A stretch of DNA of 64,000 nucleotides from Lama glama (Eukaryota), in NCBI GenBank assembly GCA_028534125.1, contig CM052832.1, forward strand, positions 17,610,001-17,674,000. The letters run 5' to 3'. The notes under the pieces were generated by a model. It did no database searches. It was not told where the DNA came from and saw nothing but the letters and a program-made list of their open reading frames with translations. This document shows positions 1-12,338 of this stretch, piece by piece (within the stretch, counting starts at the first letter, position 1; each line of letters begins with the position of its first letter). Position numbers and translations under genes: made by a program.

Positions 1-1090
1 TTGAGTATACTTCCCTGTGCTATATAGTAGAACATTGTTGTTCATCTATTTTATATATAGTAGTTTGTATCTGCTAATCCCAAACTCCTAATGTACCCCT
101 TCCCCACCATCTTTCCCTTTTGGTAACCATAAGTTTGTTTTCTATGTCTGTTGAGTCTGTTTCTGTTTTGTAAATAAGTTCATTTGTGTCATATTTTAGA
201 TTCCACATATAAGTGATACCATATGTTATGTCTCTTTCTGACTTACTTCACTTAGTAATCTCTAGGTCCATCCATGTTGCTGCAAATGGCATTATTTCAT
301 TCTTTTTTATGGCCAAGTAGTATTCCACGGTGTATATATACCACAACTTTTTTATTCAACCATCTGTCAATGGACATTTAGGTTGCTTCCATGGTTTGGC
401 TGTTGTTAATAGTGCTGCTATGAACATTGGGGTGCATGTGTCTTTTCAAATTAGAGTTTTCTCCAGCTATATGCCCAGGAATGGGATTGCTGGGTCATAT
501 GACAACCCTAATTTTAGCTTTTTAAGGAATCTCCATACCATTTTCCATAGTGGCTGCACCAATTTACATTCCCAACACTGTAGGAAGGTTCCTTTTTCTC
601 CACAGCCTCTCCAGCATTTATTGTTTGTGGACTTTTTGATGATGGCCATTCTGACCAGTGTGAGGTGGTACCTCATTGTAGTTTTGATTTGCATTTCTCT
701 AATAATTAGCAATGTTGAGCATCTTTTCTTGTGCCTGTTGGCCATCTGTATGTCTTCTTTGGAGAAATGTCTGTTTAGTTCTGCCCATTTTTTGATTGGA
801 TTGTTTGGCTTTCTGTTATTGAGTTGTATGAACTGTTTGTATATTTTGGAAATTAAGCCCTTATCAGTTGCATCATTTGCAAATATTTTCTCCCAGTCTG
901 TAGGTTGTCTTTTCGTTTTATGGTTTCCTTTGCTGTGGAAAAGCTTGTAAGTTTGATTAGGTCCCATTTATTTATTTTTGCTTTTTGCCTTGGGAAACTG
1001 ACTTAAGAAAACAGTGATAATGATTTATGTCAGAGAATGTTTTGCCTGTATTGTCTTTTAGGAATTTTATGATGTCATGTCTTAAGTCTT
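1..1090 (-). mobile_element. LINE-1 fragment: 3' end of ORF2 plus 3' UTR, 5'-truncated, running off the window start
   Basis: ORF 467..967 (-) gives [13 protein letters not shown]...[20 protein letters not shown]...[22 protein letters not shown], the L1 ORF2 C-terminus. L1 3' UTR-like sequence follows toward base 1. Confidence 0.95.
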
Positions 1091-1858
1091 TCTATTTACC
1101 ATTTAATTAAAAACTGCATTCTAGTAATACTCTTGGGCTTTATGTCATTTTACTGTTACCTTCTCTTCTCTGATTCAATTGTTACCCTGATTTGCTCATA
1201 TTTCCTCATCTTTCTTGACTGTTGGCTTTTGGTGCCAACTTCCACAGTCACAACAGGACACACCTTTCATTTCAATATTCAAAGGCACTGCTTCACTTCT
1301 GGTTTTCCCTTTAGCGAACTCTTTCTTCAACATCCCTGCCTACAGACAATCAGATGCGGTTTTTCTCCAGTGCTCAGGTCTTCAGCCTCTTAGACCTATG
1401 TTTTGTTTCGATCATCCTTATATCATGGGCTCTGTCTCGATTTTCAGCTATGGATTCAGCACCATTCTTTCTCTGGTTACTGTGAGACTGCCTATATTTT
1501 AAATGGCATTCCCCAGAGAAAACTACCAGGATGGGGGTGAGGGGGTGGGCAGGGAGGAGGGAGCCAGGATTTCATTCTTTAAATGCACAATATAATCAAT
1601 TCAGTTTAATAAGTGATTTCCCACATTTAATATCAAAATTAGACATAGAAAAAGTTGCCACTGGATGTCAGCATTTTTACAGATCATTTTTAACATTACT
1701 TGTTATAACAGTTTTAAAAAACTACATAAATGTTTGAAAATATTAGTTATTTAATAATTTCACTGTATACACACATCAGGTTTGCTTTGGTACAATCTGA
1801 TGTGAAATTGTGATTTTTCTGTCTTATTAACATCCGCATCGTGTCTGTTTTATCTGCC

Positions 1859-3413
1859 TTAATCTGACAGACTCGCATTGTGCTCCAAGTAAAAATGTGC
1901 AACATATCTCCGAAAATCCACGAGATCCAGAGAGGCCCCAGGGTAACAGGCTCTGTGTAGCTGCCATGCATTGCTCATGGCTACATCAATCATGTAGCTC
2001 ACCAAAACTGAGTACCATTTTTTGCTTCTTACTCTCACCCTGTATTTGGAAGTGGTCTGTTCCATTTTAGCTACGCCTTCCCTGCACTCAGCATACAATT
2101 TCACTATGGATGGCTGACTTATCCGAGGGCTCTCCTCATCGCTGGCATAATCCTGTATCTCACTGACCGGCTCTATGCCAACAGCGCTGGAGCACAGACT
2201 GATAATGCCATCACCATGCCAACGACACACAATGATCTCATCATTTTCTTCTACTCGGAAATCAAAATACCCCCTTTTCATTTTTTTCATATGCTCTGCA
2301 TTCATAAGGGGACATTTTTCGGTCCTGTTCTCACGAATTGTTCCTGTTGCCCTCACTCCTTTCTTCTTTAAGGCTGATACCAGTTTGACACTTGTAAAGA
2401 AGCTATCAAAACACAGGTGATAGGGATAATGACCTCTCTCTAAAAGAACATCAGCAAACTTCATCACTAGATTTCCACCTACACCGAGATCAAGATCCTC
2501 ACCTGCCATCACAGTTGACTCTTCTTGATAGGGCTCAAACCAAACCAGATACCCCTGTGTGGTTGTACCACACCAGATTTTATAGCCAATTCTGATAGGT
2601 TTCCCATTCAGGAACTGGTCACTATCAAAGCATTCACACATTGTCTTATCAAAACTATAGTATTCTTCTAGGGGAGCATACAGGAGAAAGTTTTTATTGA
2701 TTTGCTTTATGAGAGGCCTCAATTTTGTAAACTTATCTTTTTGATCTAGGTGGCTGTTATCTGCAAAATGCAGGTATGAGAAAATCAATTCAAATCTGTC
2801 CCTTCTGATCGCATCTCTAACCAGGTTCTGATCAGCATCAGACCTTTCCCAATACATTCCCCTTTTGGGACGCCTCACAAGTCCACTCAAAAGCAGGACA
2901 CCAAACACACACCTCATTTCCTGAACTGTGACTTCCAAGGTGACATTTTTCTGAGAAGCATAATTATTCGTTTCACTGACAATCAAGTTGAATGTCTCAT
3001 CATCAAAAAACAACTCAAAGAGCTCTACTGGGTTCAACTTTTCACTCTTGAGAGTCAAAAGTCCAGAATCCAGTGCTGACCAGCTTGGAAATTTGGGTTT
3101 AATGTCTCTTTTGGTCCAAGTCTTTTCTGGGACACTGGACACCTTTACCTTTTTCGGAGCAGGCTGGGTCTCAGGCTCACATTCTTCCACGTCTGAGTCA
3201 CCAGAGAATGCCAGGCCTTGGAGCAGTTCACTCACTCGAGCGTTGTCCCTTTTTCTCCCTTTCCGGGTAATGTCTCCTGCAGCATATTCCAGGGATGAAA
3301 TGTGCATCCGAGCCCACAAGTCACCCGGGTGACGGTCCTTCAAAGTGTTCAAATGCGCAACTGTCCTTTCAACAGGGACAGGAGTACTACAAGGGACCTG
3401 GGGTACACAATCT
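1859..3413 (-). CDS. PGBD1: PGBD1 last coding exon: domesticated piggyBac transposase domain
   Basis: Acceptor ttttcattccttcccag|AGAT at 3413 (phase 2), open to TAA at 1859. The translation (LNPVELFELFFDDE, KFTKLRPLI, GKPIRIGYKIWC, HLCFDSFFTS, RSKKWY) is a piggyBac transposase core closely matching recalled human PGBD1. Confidence 0.97.
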
Positions 3414-5796
3414 CTGGGAAGGAATGAAAAACATAATGCTATAAAAATCCTCAGTCTTATTCAATGATACAGGATAAATCCATGGACGCCTCAGTGTTCT
3501 TTTATAACGAATACGTCTCACTCCTCACATTTCCTGGGGAGGACCTAGGCCAGACTGAACATTTCTGGGCCCTCCCCACTTCCTACTCACTCCTCATGAC
3601 ATAACTAATGTTGAATCTGGGAGAAGGAACTGGGCCGAACTCCTTAGGAGCAAGCTGCAGACACTCCATGTTCCTTTTTGCCCCAAGATGGATCAGATGA
3701 GGAGGGCCTGTGAGGGGGAGGTCTGGGGCTACCGTGTGTCCACGTAGCTCTGCCTCTGAGTGGCTTTATCAGTCTAGCTTCCATCAGTTATAAAGCTGAG
3801 GTTTCCAGAACCATCTGTTTTACTCCTTTGTCTCTATCAGTTGGTTCTGTATTTGGACAAGGAAATGGGTGGTTATTTACTGAGCCCCCTCACCTCTCAC
3901 AGCATTTCTGAACATGGAAGGATTTAGCCTCTCCTAGTTCTGCGTTCATCTGGTAGACACACTGCTCTGGGGAGAAACAAAAGAGAAACTCAAACTTACT
4001 GCCCTTGAACCGATTTTTATGGAGTTTTCAAGGGAGTGGGCTAACGTTACTAAAGAAGAAAAGTATTATTTTACACAAACTTCTTTAATTCTAGGAATCT
4101 GCATTTTATTCGCTAAAGTCTTATTGGTAAACAGTCTAATTTTAGAAGACATAAGAGGGGAAAACAGTGAGATGATTATGTTGTACTATAATTTACACTA
4201 CATGTATTTATTCAGTTAAAGAATTTATTACCCCGGGTGTCTTTAATTTACTATGTGTATGATCTATTCAGTACATCCATGTTAGAGCTCCCTGACATCC
4301 TCAACTTTGGGGATCCTCCTTGAATCTCATCACTACACTGAAGTTTCCACTGCTGAAACCAAACTCCGAGGACTCACTCTATCCCCAGTTTCTTCCCACT
4401 CCAGCCTCCTCACACCTTCGTCCCATGATACCTATTCTCCCATCTCATTCTGACTTCTCCATTCCCTCCTGTTTTCACCTCCCTTCCTCTTTTCTCTAGA
4501 CCCTGTGATGCATCACCTTCGTCCCTCTCTTGCCAGGATCATCAATCACCCTGCCCCAGTGTCCTTCTGTAGCACTGGACCGGCACAACTTCAGCACCAG
4601 ATCAACCCCATCCTTGGGCTTCTCTGTTCCTCACCCAGCAGTGAGCAGTGCTGGGGAAATCACAGAGCTAGGAAGACACACTGCTAAAATCATGGCCTCC
4701 CAAACTCAGCTAGTTACTCAATACTGCTCAGAAGTGCTTCTCATTTCCTCTCATCCCTTTCTTCCCAGTTCTCCACAACATCATTCTCAAATCTTCTCCC
4801 CAGTCCTTGGTATCCCTCAACATGACCTCTTTTCCTACTCCAAAGAGGACCCAGAATTTTTCATGCAGAAACTTGTTCTTCAAAATGATCTACTGTGGCT
4901 CATAACTCTTCTCCTATCCTCTAGGCACTTGCATTTTCTTTCTCTGCTTCTCTCCAACCCACCTCCTCTTTAGCTAGTAACTTCCTATGTACTTATCAGG
5001 TCTTGTTTCAAAGGTCACCCCTTCTGGACACCTCCTCCAAATCTCATGTGGGTCCTCTCCTGCGTGCTCGATCATAGCTGCAGGGCACTTCATCACACTG
5101 CACTGTATTCTGTTTTCTCACCTGCTGGGCCCTCGTGTGACTTACTGAAGGTAGGGTCTCTGCATTATGTACGATGAATATGAGTGATAAAATGCTGAGT
5201 AAGGGGGAGGGGTGGGGGAAGGGAGGAACCCTTGATTTCGATACCATGATAGGGCTGTACAAACCTACAACAGCCTTCCCTTTCAGACATCTTGTCACAT
5301 GAAATAAGATACTTTGATTCTCTGAGGCACTGTGAGTCACGGTTTCAGTGACCCAAAGTAAACGTGCCTGACAGGCGCAATAGCAGGCGCCTATTCTCCA
5401 GTTATAACTCTGTGCTGAGTCAGTGTGTTCTCTCTCTTCTTTTAGTGCACCTTGGCTCAGACTTCACCAAAGGTTTCACCTCTCCTCTTAAGCTTAAGAC
5501 ATTTCTATTTTAACTGAGATTTAGCTCCCTGTTTCTCTAAGATAAACAGATGTCAATAAGGAGAATCCTCATCCCCTGCCCTGCTCTGCAGTGTGAGTAT
5601 CCCATGCTCTTTCCTTTCTCTTTTCTCAAGTCCCTGAAGACTTAATGGCTTCACCAGAACCCAACCCTCTTCTCACGACTGGGTCCCTCCATTTCTGCTT
5701 TAGAAGCATGTATGTTACACATGCATTCACTCCCTCAACCAACACTTACTAAGCACCTACTACTGTCTCTGATTTGTCCCTCATGATCAGCTATTC

Positions 5797-6370
5797 TTTT
5801 TTTTTTTTGAGTCTTTATAGGTTTTTGTTTGTTTGTTTAATTGAAGTATAGTTGACTTACAATGTTAGTTTCTGGTGTACAGCAAAGTGATTCAGTTATA
5901 CATTTATATATATCCTTTTTCATTATTACAAGATATTGAGTCTAGTTCCCTGTGCTATACAGAACATTGTTGTTCACCTGTTTTATATACAGTAGTTTGT
6001 ATTTGCTAATCCCAAACTCCTAATTTATCCCTCCTCCCCTTTGGTAACCACAAGTTCACTTTCTATGTCTGTGAGTCTCTTTCTGTTGTATAAGTTCATT
6101 TGTATCATTCTTTAAAGATTCTACATATAAGTGACATCATATGATATCTGGCAAGTTTTGAGGCATATCTCCTAAGGTCAAGATCTATTTCTTTGTCTCT
6201 CTCTGTCTCCTACCCAAGTATCAGCTCACTCATTCAGATGATTGGAGACACCCTCAATTCCTCAGTAGGTCTTCTGTGAGAACTGTTCCACATGTTGATG
6301 TATTTTTTGATGTATTTGTGGGAAGAGGTGAGCTCTGCATCCTTCTATTTCACCATCTTGAAGCCCCTCC
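5797..6370 (-). mobile_element. Internally deleted L1-derived element (L1 5' end joined to L1 3' UTR and polyA)
   Basis: The minus strand begins ggggcttcaagatggtgaaatagaagg...ctcacctcttcccacaaatac (L1 5' UTR start), switches near 6147 to L1 3' UTR sequence and ends in an A tail. Degenerate TSD tcagcta(t/c)tct on both sides. Confidence 0.75.
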
Positions 6371-6856
6371 TCATCACCGTCAGCTACTCTCCGTTTGATT
6401 CTTGTTTAGGACTCTCCTAATGGAGGCTGAAAATACTCCTCTGTCTTCCCTAAGTCCTCTTCCTGGCCTGATGATTTCTTTCTTAACCACTATGACAACC
6501 TCACCCACAGCCCTCACTCTTGTTTAAATCCTCTGCCATCTCTATCTTCTTTTTCTGGCTTCTATACCTATAGCCCCACAAAGACACAAAGGTGCCGGGG
6601 GACTAGTGATCAGGCAGGGTGGACTGAGTCAGGATAGGATTCTTGGAGGCACTGTGTACCAACTGAAGGTTTTGTATAATGAGGATACGTTGACAGGTCA
6701 CCTTGTTGGCATGGGGCCTCCGAAGATCAAAGGAGTGAGTGGTACTCCTCTTGTATTCCAGGGAAGCAGGACTTTGACCAACTGGTTTCTTTGGTTCCAT
6801 CCCAATTTCTTCTTACATCTCTAGGATCTGTTCTACTTAGGGTCATGGACACTCAC

Positions 6857-6953
6857 CTGTTGGGTATTCCCGAGGTCTCAGCACCTTGTTCCAATTCTTC
6901 AGAAGTTTCTTGCTTTGGGTTAAACAATCCATCTTTAGGTACAAATTCTTGAG
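6857..6953 (-). CDS. PGBD1: PGBD1 coding exon 5 (97 nt)
   Basis: attttag|CTCAAG...CAACAG|gtgagt; translates (T)QEFVPKDGLFNPKQETSEELEQGAETSGIPN(R); phase 1 to 2 joins both neighbours in frame. Confidence 0.9.
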
Positions 6954-7599
6954 CTAAAATAATGTTAATAATTTAAATGTCACCTGTTGCCTGAATTTAG
7001 AAAAAACAGCCGCTAAGGTAGGGAATAGGATGTTCCAAATTGAAATAAACAAACAAATCAACGGTGTCCCAGGAGTGCAGTCATAGCAATCCTAAAAATG
7101 TGGCACAGAATGGGAAAATAATAAGAATGGTCAATCTGCAGGAGAGAGGGTCTAACAGAGCAAAGCATATTTAAAGCAAAGCATACACATGGACTATACA
7201 GTGTTCTCAGAAAGTGAAGAGACAAAACCAAAGAAGGCAAAGAAGGGATCAGGAAGAGGAGTTTATGAGACTTCCAGCTGGGAAGGGATGTCTGAAAATG
7301 ACAAATTATCTGCAACCTGTGAAGAACACAGAAAAGGGAGGAGTTGTTGAGGGAATCAGGGAATGTGGAGGGATGATCAGAGAAGGTAAGAGTAAGATTC
7401 AGTGGGCCGAGTGATTAGCAACAGAAGATAATGTGATGGGGGGGATGCAAAATGACAGGGGCTGAGAGACGTGTGGAAGCAGAGGCCAGAAGGAAGGGAA
7501 GGAAGGGTGAGGGTCTAGGAAATGTGGGTTCACAAGGGCACAGTCAGGGTTAATGATGGGGAAAGGTGAGCACAGCTGGGGACCAGCCAGAGGCCTTAC

Positions 7600-7729
7600 T
7601 CATCAGATTGAGGTTTGTAACCTTCTCCTGAGCTGAGTTCCCACAGAGGTTCCTCTGAGCCGGACTCAGATATGGCCACTCCTTTGGTACAAGGGCCTGG
7701 GCTGGTGCTTCCTCAGTCTTCACTGATGT
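7600..7729 (-). CDS. PGBD1: PGBD1 coding exon 4 (130 nt), degenerate KRAB-A-like
   Basis: gcctttttag|ACATCA...CTGATGA|gtaagg; TSVKTEEAPAQALVPKEWPYLSPAQRNLCGNSAQEKVTNLNLM resembles the KRAB-A pattern EEW..LDPAQR.LY. Confidence 0.9.
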
Positions 7730-7829
7730 CTAAAAAGGCAAAAAATGGCCTCTTAGTCTTCACTGTGTAAGGGTAAGGGGTCCAGCTGTGAAGGATGTTG
7801 AATACCACACTGTAGACCTGCAGTACCAA

Positions 7830-8078
7830 CCCCTCGGCAGGGCCGCGCTCTCTCTGAAGGTCTGGGGGGGACTGTCCTTGCCTCTCTCCTAGCTTCCAGT
7901 GGCTGTCAGCCGTCCTTAGTGTTCCCCGGCTGGCAGATGCATCCCTCCAATCTCAGCCTTCGTCACTACATGGCCGCCTCCCTGTGTGTCTGTCTTCACA
8001 TGGCCTTCTCATAAAGTCATCACCCACTGGATTTAGGGCCATCCTAAGCCAGCATGGCCTCATCTAAAACAATTATAT
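7830..8078 (-). mobile_element. MaLR LTR fragment (MLT1-like)
   Basis: Recalled MLT1 motifs: ccttgcctctctcctagcttccagtggctg, ctccaatctcagccttcgtc, tggatttagggcc. Boundaries approximate. Confidence 0.7.
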
Positions 8079-8663
8079 TGATTTCAAAGTGTATAGGTAA
8101 GTTTTTTTGCTATACATTTATTTTTAGAAAGGCAAAGTTTCTTCACCTTTCCTTGCTATTTAAGAACAGGAGGCACTGGGTCTGACAGGATTAAAGACCA
8201 ATTAGAAGTCAAAGAAAAGAACTGATGAGGCGAGGACTCCATGAAGAGCCTGTCTTGAGAAAACTGACTCAGTAGAAGAGAACTTAGATGGGAGCCTTAA
8301 ATATTTTTTAACTAAGTGACTAGGAAAATGATTGAACCACTAAGAGAATATGGGGGAAAAAAAAACAAGAGTCCATTTTGTGAAGATGTGAAGTTTTGCC
8401 TTGGATACACAGAATTTCCATTGTCATCACCAAATATTAATGGGGTATGTGCAAAATACTGGGAGTATAAAGGAATATGAGGAAGGGTCTCAGACAATGA
8501 GGCATTCATGGTCTGTGATATTCTGTGACAAGGTGAAGGCAGACAGACTGTGCCACTTGAAAGGCTCTCGGGGTGGGCAGTGTGAGCCAAGAGAAGGGCC
8601 AGAGGCAGGCGGTCAGGAGGGAGGCTGCTGCTGAGGTTCCCACAGCCTGGGCACTGTGCTCAC

Positions 8664-8749
8664 CTGGGACCTGGCTGAGTTAAACCCAGGTGCTGCTGCC
8701 TGGTCTCTGGGATTCTCCTGGAGCGGGGCTTGTCCCTGGGGAGCAGGCC
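8664..8749 (-). CDS. PGBD1: PGBD1 coding exon 3 (86 nt)
   Basis: ctccttccacag|GGCCTG...TCCCAG|gtgagc; (G)PAPQGQAPLQENPRDQAAAPGFNSARSQ; phase 1 to 0. Confidence 0.9.
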
Positions 8750-9239
8750 CTGTGGAAGGAGGAGTCAAGAGCTCTCAATGAGACACACTGGCCTTTAGGG
8801 GACCCAGCCCCCAAATCTTATGTTCTAAGAACTAAAATGCACATCTTACTAAGATAGAACATCACAACTGTTTTCATTCTGTCAGGAACTCTACAATTAT
8901 TAAAGTTCAGGGTCTCACACCCACAAAATTGAGTTGTGTTTGTGAACTCAAGAGGTGCTTTTCAGTGATGCACTTTCACATACATAAAGAAAAATTAGAA
9001 ACCACAGAGGAAAGGAAGAAGCTGGTGAGAAAAGAAACATTAATCAGAGGATACACAGATGAAAGAAAAGTAAGTGGAGAACAGAGACAAGGCAAAGGGA
9101 AAAGAGGAAAGCAGAAAAGAGGAAGAAAATAAGGATACAAAAAAATAGAGTTGATAAAAGGGGAGGCTCTGTATGTGGGAGAAGCAGGGGTATATGGGAA
9201 ATCTCTGTTACCTTCCCTTTTAATTTTGCTGTGGACCTA

Positions 9240-9350
9240 AAAAAAGTCATACATGTACACCTGAAACTAACACAAACTGTAACTACACTTCAATAAAAAA
9301 AAATCACACACACACACACATACACACACATAAAAATAAAGTCATACGTA
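9240..9350 (+). mobile_element. Very short L1 3'-end insertion with a (CA)n-expanded tail
   Basis: tgtacacctgaaactaacac...cttcaataaaaaa followed by (CA)n; aaagtcatac repeated on both sides as probable TSD. Confidence 0.6.
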
Positions 9351-12088
9351 CATAGCAGAGATGTTAGCCATGAGCTAGAAGAATTTTTGAGAATCTGCCA
9401 CACTGGAAACTGCAACAATAACCCTAAGACTGGTAATGACTACACCAGTGCCAGGCAGTGCACTGTTACTTGAAAAGACTATTTCCAATTCCTTACCAGT
9501 ACAATGTGGAGAACATAGTCTACCTTACAGGGCTAAAGAAGATCGAGATAAAGAACATAAAAGCGCTCTGTAAACTGTAAGATACCACATGAAGTAATGT
9601 ATCATTTTTCAAGATGGCAGCAACATAAGGAGCCAAAAATTACTAAACGAAGAGGACATGGGATGATTCTAAGCCAAAATACAACACAGAACATAGCACA
9701 CTTTTCTTTGCTTCAGACACAGTGGATCACTGTAGAATCTTTTTGTTTCTGTTGTTTCATATCTAGAGGGAATAAAGTTTCTGGGGAAAATGCCCTTGCC
9801 CCTGAGTCACTGCTACTGCCTTACCTCCCCACAATGCATACTTGCCAAAAACCAACAACTTAAAAAGCACAGAGTAAAGCAGGTCTGCTGACAGAAAGGG
9901 CTAAGCTAAGGAGGGGGAAATGGAAGGGGGGCAAAGATACAATGCAGTGAGGAAAAAGATCAAAGAAAGGCAAAGGGAAATTTGAGAGAGCAAAGGTCAG
10001 GCCAGACTTTAAACTGCTCCTTATCATCCTCCTGAGTTGGAAAAGTATTAAGCCTGAGAAAGAGGCAGAGGAATGTTTTCAAACATGAAAGTTCATTACA
10101 AACATGACACTGATCCATTGCTCTATATTTCTGCCAAAGACAGAGAGAGAGAAAATGGACTTATGTCACAATGAATCAGATGGTATCTCAAAGTCTTTCC
10201 TACTTCACCAACATATCTGAACATTTAACCATGTGTTTGACACTAAGAATCACGCACAGCTAGCTGAGCATTAAGAGATGGGCAAAAAAAAAGTACTCAA
10301 TAGTTTTCATTTTAAATCTAGTGTTCCATGACAAGTGAGAATGAAATACCATACACACATAAATAATACAATCACTGTAAACCATATTTTTTATTTAAAA
10401 AAAGAAGGCTTCAATGGCACTCAGCTCTTTAATGGTAAAATCCAAGCTTCTTAGTTGGAATTTAAACACTCCATAAAAGGACCTTCCCATCCTCCCCCCA
10501 ACTCTTTCCCTAAACAAACCCTACCCTCCAGCTATGATGGTTGACTTACTATCCTCTTGAAAATACCAGCAAGAGAAGAGGGAATGCAGGTAGCCTGGGA
10601 AATGGATCTTCAGTTCATCTGGTCTCAGGGAACCTGGAGAAATGTGCTTGGATTATAACTAGTAGGCAGGCAGGCCCTCACTCAGTCTCCAGAATATTTG
10701 GGAGGGCCTAAGAGGGTATCAATAAATTCCTTGAGAATGACAGGGCGTGCTTCCAGAAGGACCAGAGGGAGCATCCTCATCCTGATCACATACAGCACAG
10801 CAGTGCTGCATCCCCTGGGGACTCAGAGCACCGAAGAAGCCACCCCTTTGCCCAGGAGATGCTTCTGGAGTCCGGCTCTGTAAGCCAGCTCATGCTTCTA
10901 TGACAACTGCTGTCTGTCAGTTACCATCACCATTCTAACTACTCACCTCCATTCTTCATTATACCCCCACCACTACAGTCAAAATGGGATGAAATCAGTA
11001 TCAGCGAATGTACATTCATCATCACAGGGGTGAATGGGAATGCCGGCCCTGTTTCTGCTCCCTCACTGAGGCTCAGTGCAGGCTCATACCTCCAGGAAAA
11101 CCTCCCCAACCCCCAGGACCGCAGGGCCCCTACTACCTCTAAGCTTTTTCACATGAACAAAACATCTGGGGCTTCATGTCATGGTGGTTTTTAATAACCA
11201 AAGACATACTACGGAACTATCAGTCGAGTAAATAGGGAAATACCAAATTCGATTTATGCTGCAGTGGGTAAATATCACAAGTAATCTGAGCCCCATACAT
11301 TTTCTTTTATCTCCCTCAAATGTTCTCATATTTATTATATGAATCCCTCATTCTGCACTTACTGTCAAAAGATCAACAGTCACAGATCACTGACGTGGTG
11401 ACTGTAAACCACAATTGTGGTAAGACATGAAACCCTCTGAAATTGTGTGCATAATTTTGTATGTACATGTCTTATCCAGGGAAAAGAATTAATTGTTCTC
11501 AATAAAATCTGGGGAAAATGACAGCATCCTCACCACAAAAGTTAAAAAGCACTGCTCTGCAGTGTTCTGAGGTCTCTGAACGTTCTGTGTACTTCAGTCT
11601 GTTCTCAGTCCATCTTCAAACCGCAGGCTGCAGACTTTGCCTTCTTTGCACTGCCTGTCCTACCGCACAGAGCTGGAATACAGCCAACAGCGGGGAAGGG
11701 TAAGGAAAGCGAGAGCTCTGCACACAGGAGGGTGCACTCCGAATGCAGGAAGGAGAACCTATTTAAGCCTAAAGCTGTATTTAAATTACTGAAATGTTAG
11801 AGGCAGGGAGGCTACTGAAGAAAATGTTACCACGGACAAAAAGATAAATTTGTGGAAAGCTACCAAGTAAATATTTAAAGCATCCACAGTTGTAGAGTTA
11901 GAAATGTAAAAAAAGACACACAGTAGAGGGAATTTGGGTCAGAAGATCAGGTGACTTAATTCTAGAAGTTGCTCTGCCTCTCCTGACTTGGGCAAGTCAT
12001 TTAAACTCTGAGTTTTGGTTTTCCTAACTATTAAATAAGGGTGTTGGATGAGAAGATCTTTGACTTCTAACATTTTGCAATTCCAGAA

Positions 12089-12183
12089 TTTTTTTTCCTT
12101 TTAATGGAGGTATTGGGGATTGAACCCAGGACCTTGTGCATGCTAAGCACTGACTGTACCACTGAGCTATTACCCTCCCCCCA
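12089..12183 (-). mobile_element. tRNA-derived SINE (camelid Vic-1-like)
   Basis: Minus strand gggagggtaatagctcagtggtacagtc...gcttagcatgcacaaggtcctgggttcaatcccc has A and B boxes and an A tail; the same element recurs six times in the window. Confidence 0.85.
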
Positions 12184-12338
12184 CCGCAAATGTTTTCAAA
12201 ATCTTGCTTAGATACAGGGTTAGACAAAAGCAAAACGTCAAAACTTGAGGACACAGATGAACAAGCTTTTACTCAGACGGCCATGCACTTGTCAGTGGCC
12301 AGCTCCCATGTCCTCCCCAAACTCACCCTGGCACTCAC

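Noticed and set aside
330..950. 206-aa hydrophobic ORF
   Set aside because: It is the antisense reading of the L1 ORF2 end, a common artefact.
1859..3413. Active piggyBac transposon
   Set aside because: No TIRs or paired TTAA flanks seen, the catalytic D is lost, and it is spliced to host exons; the TTAA at the stop codon is probably coincidental.
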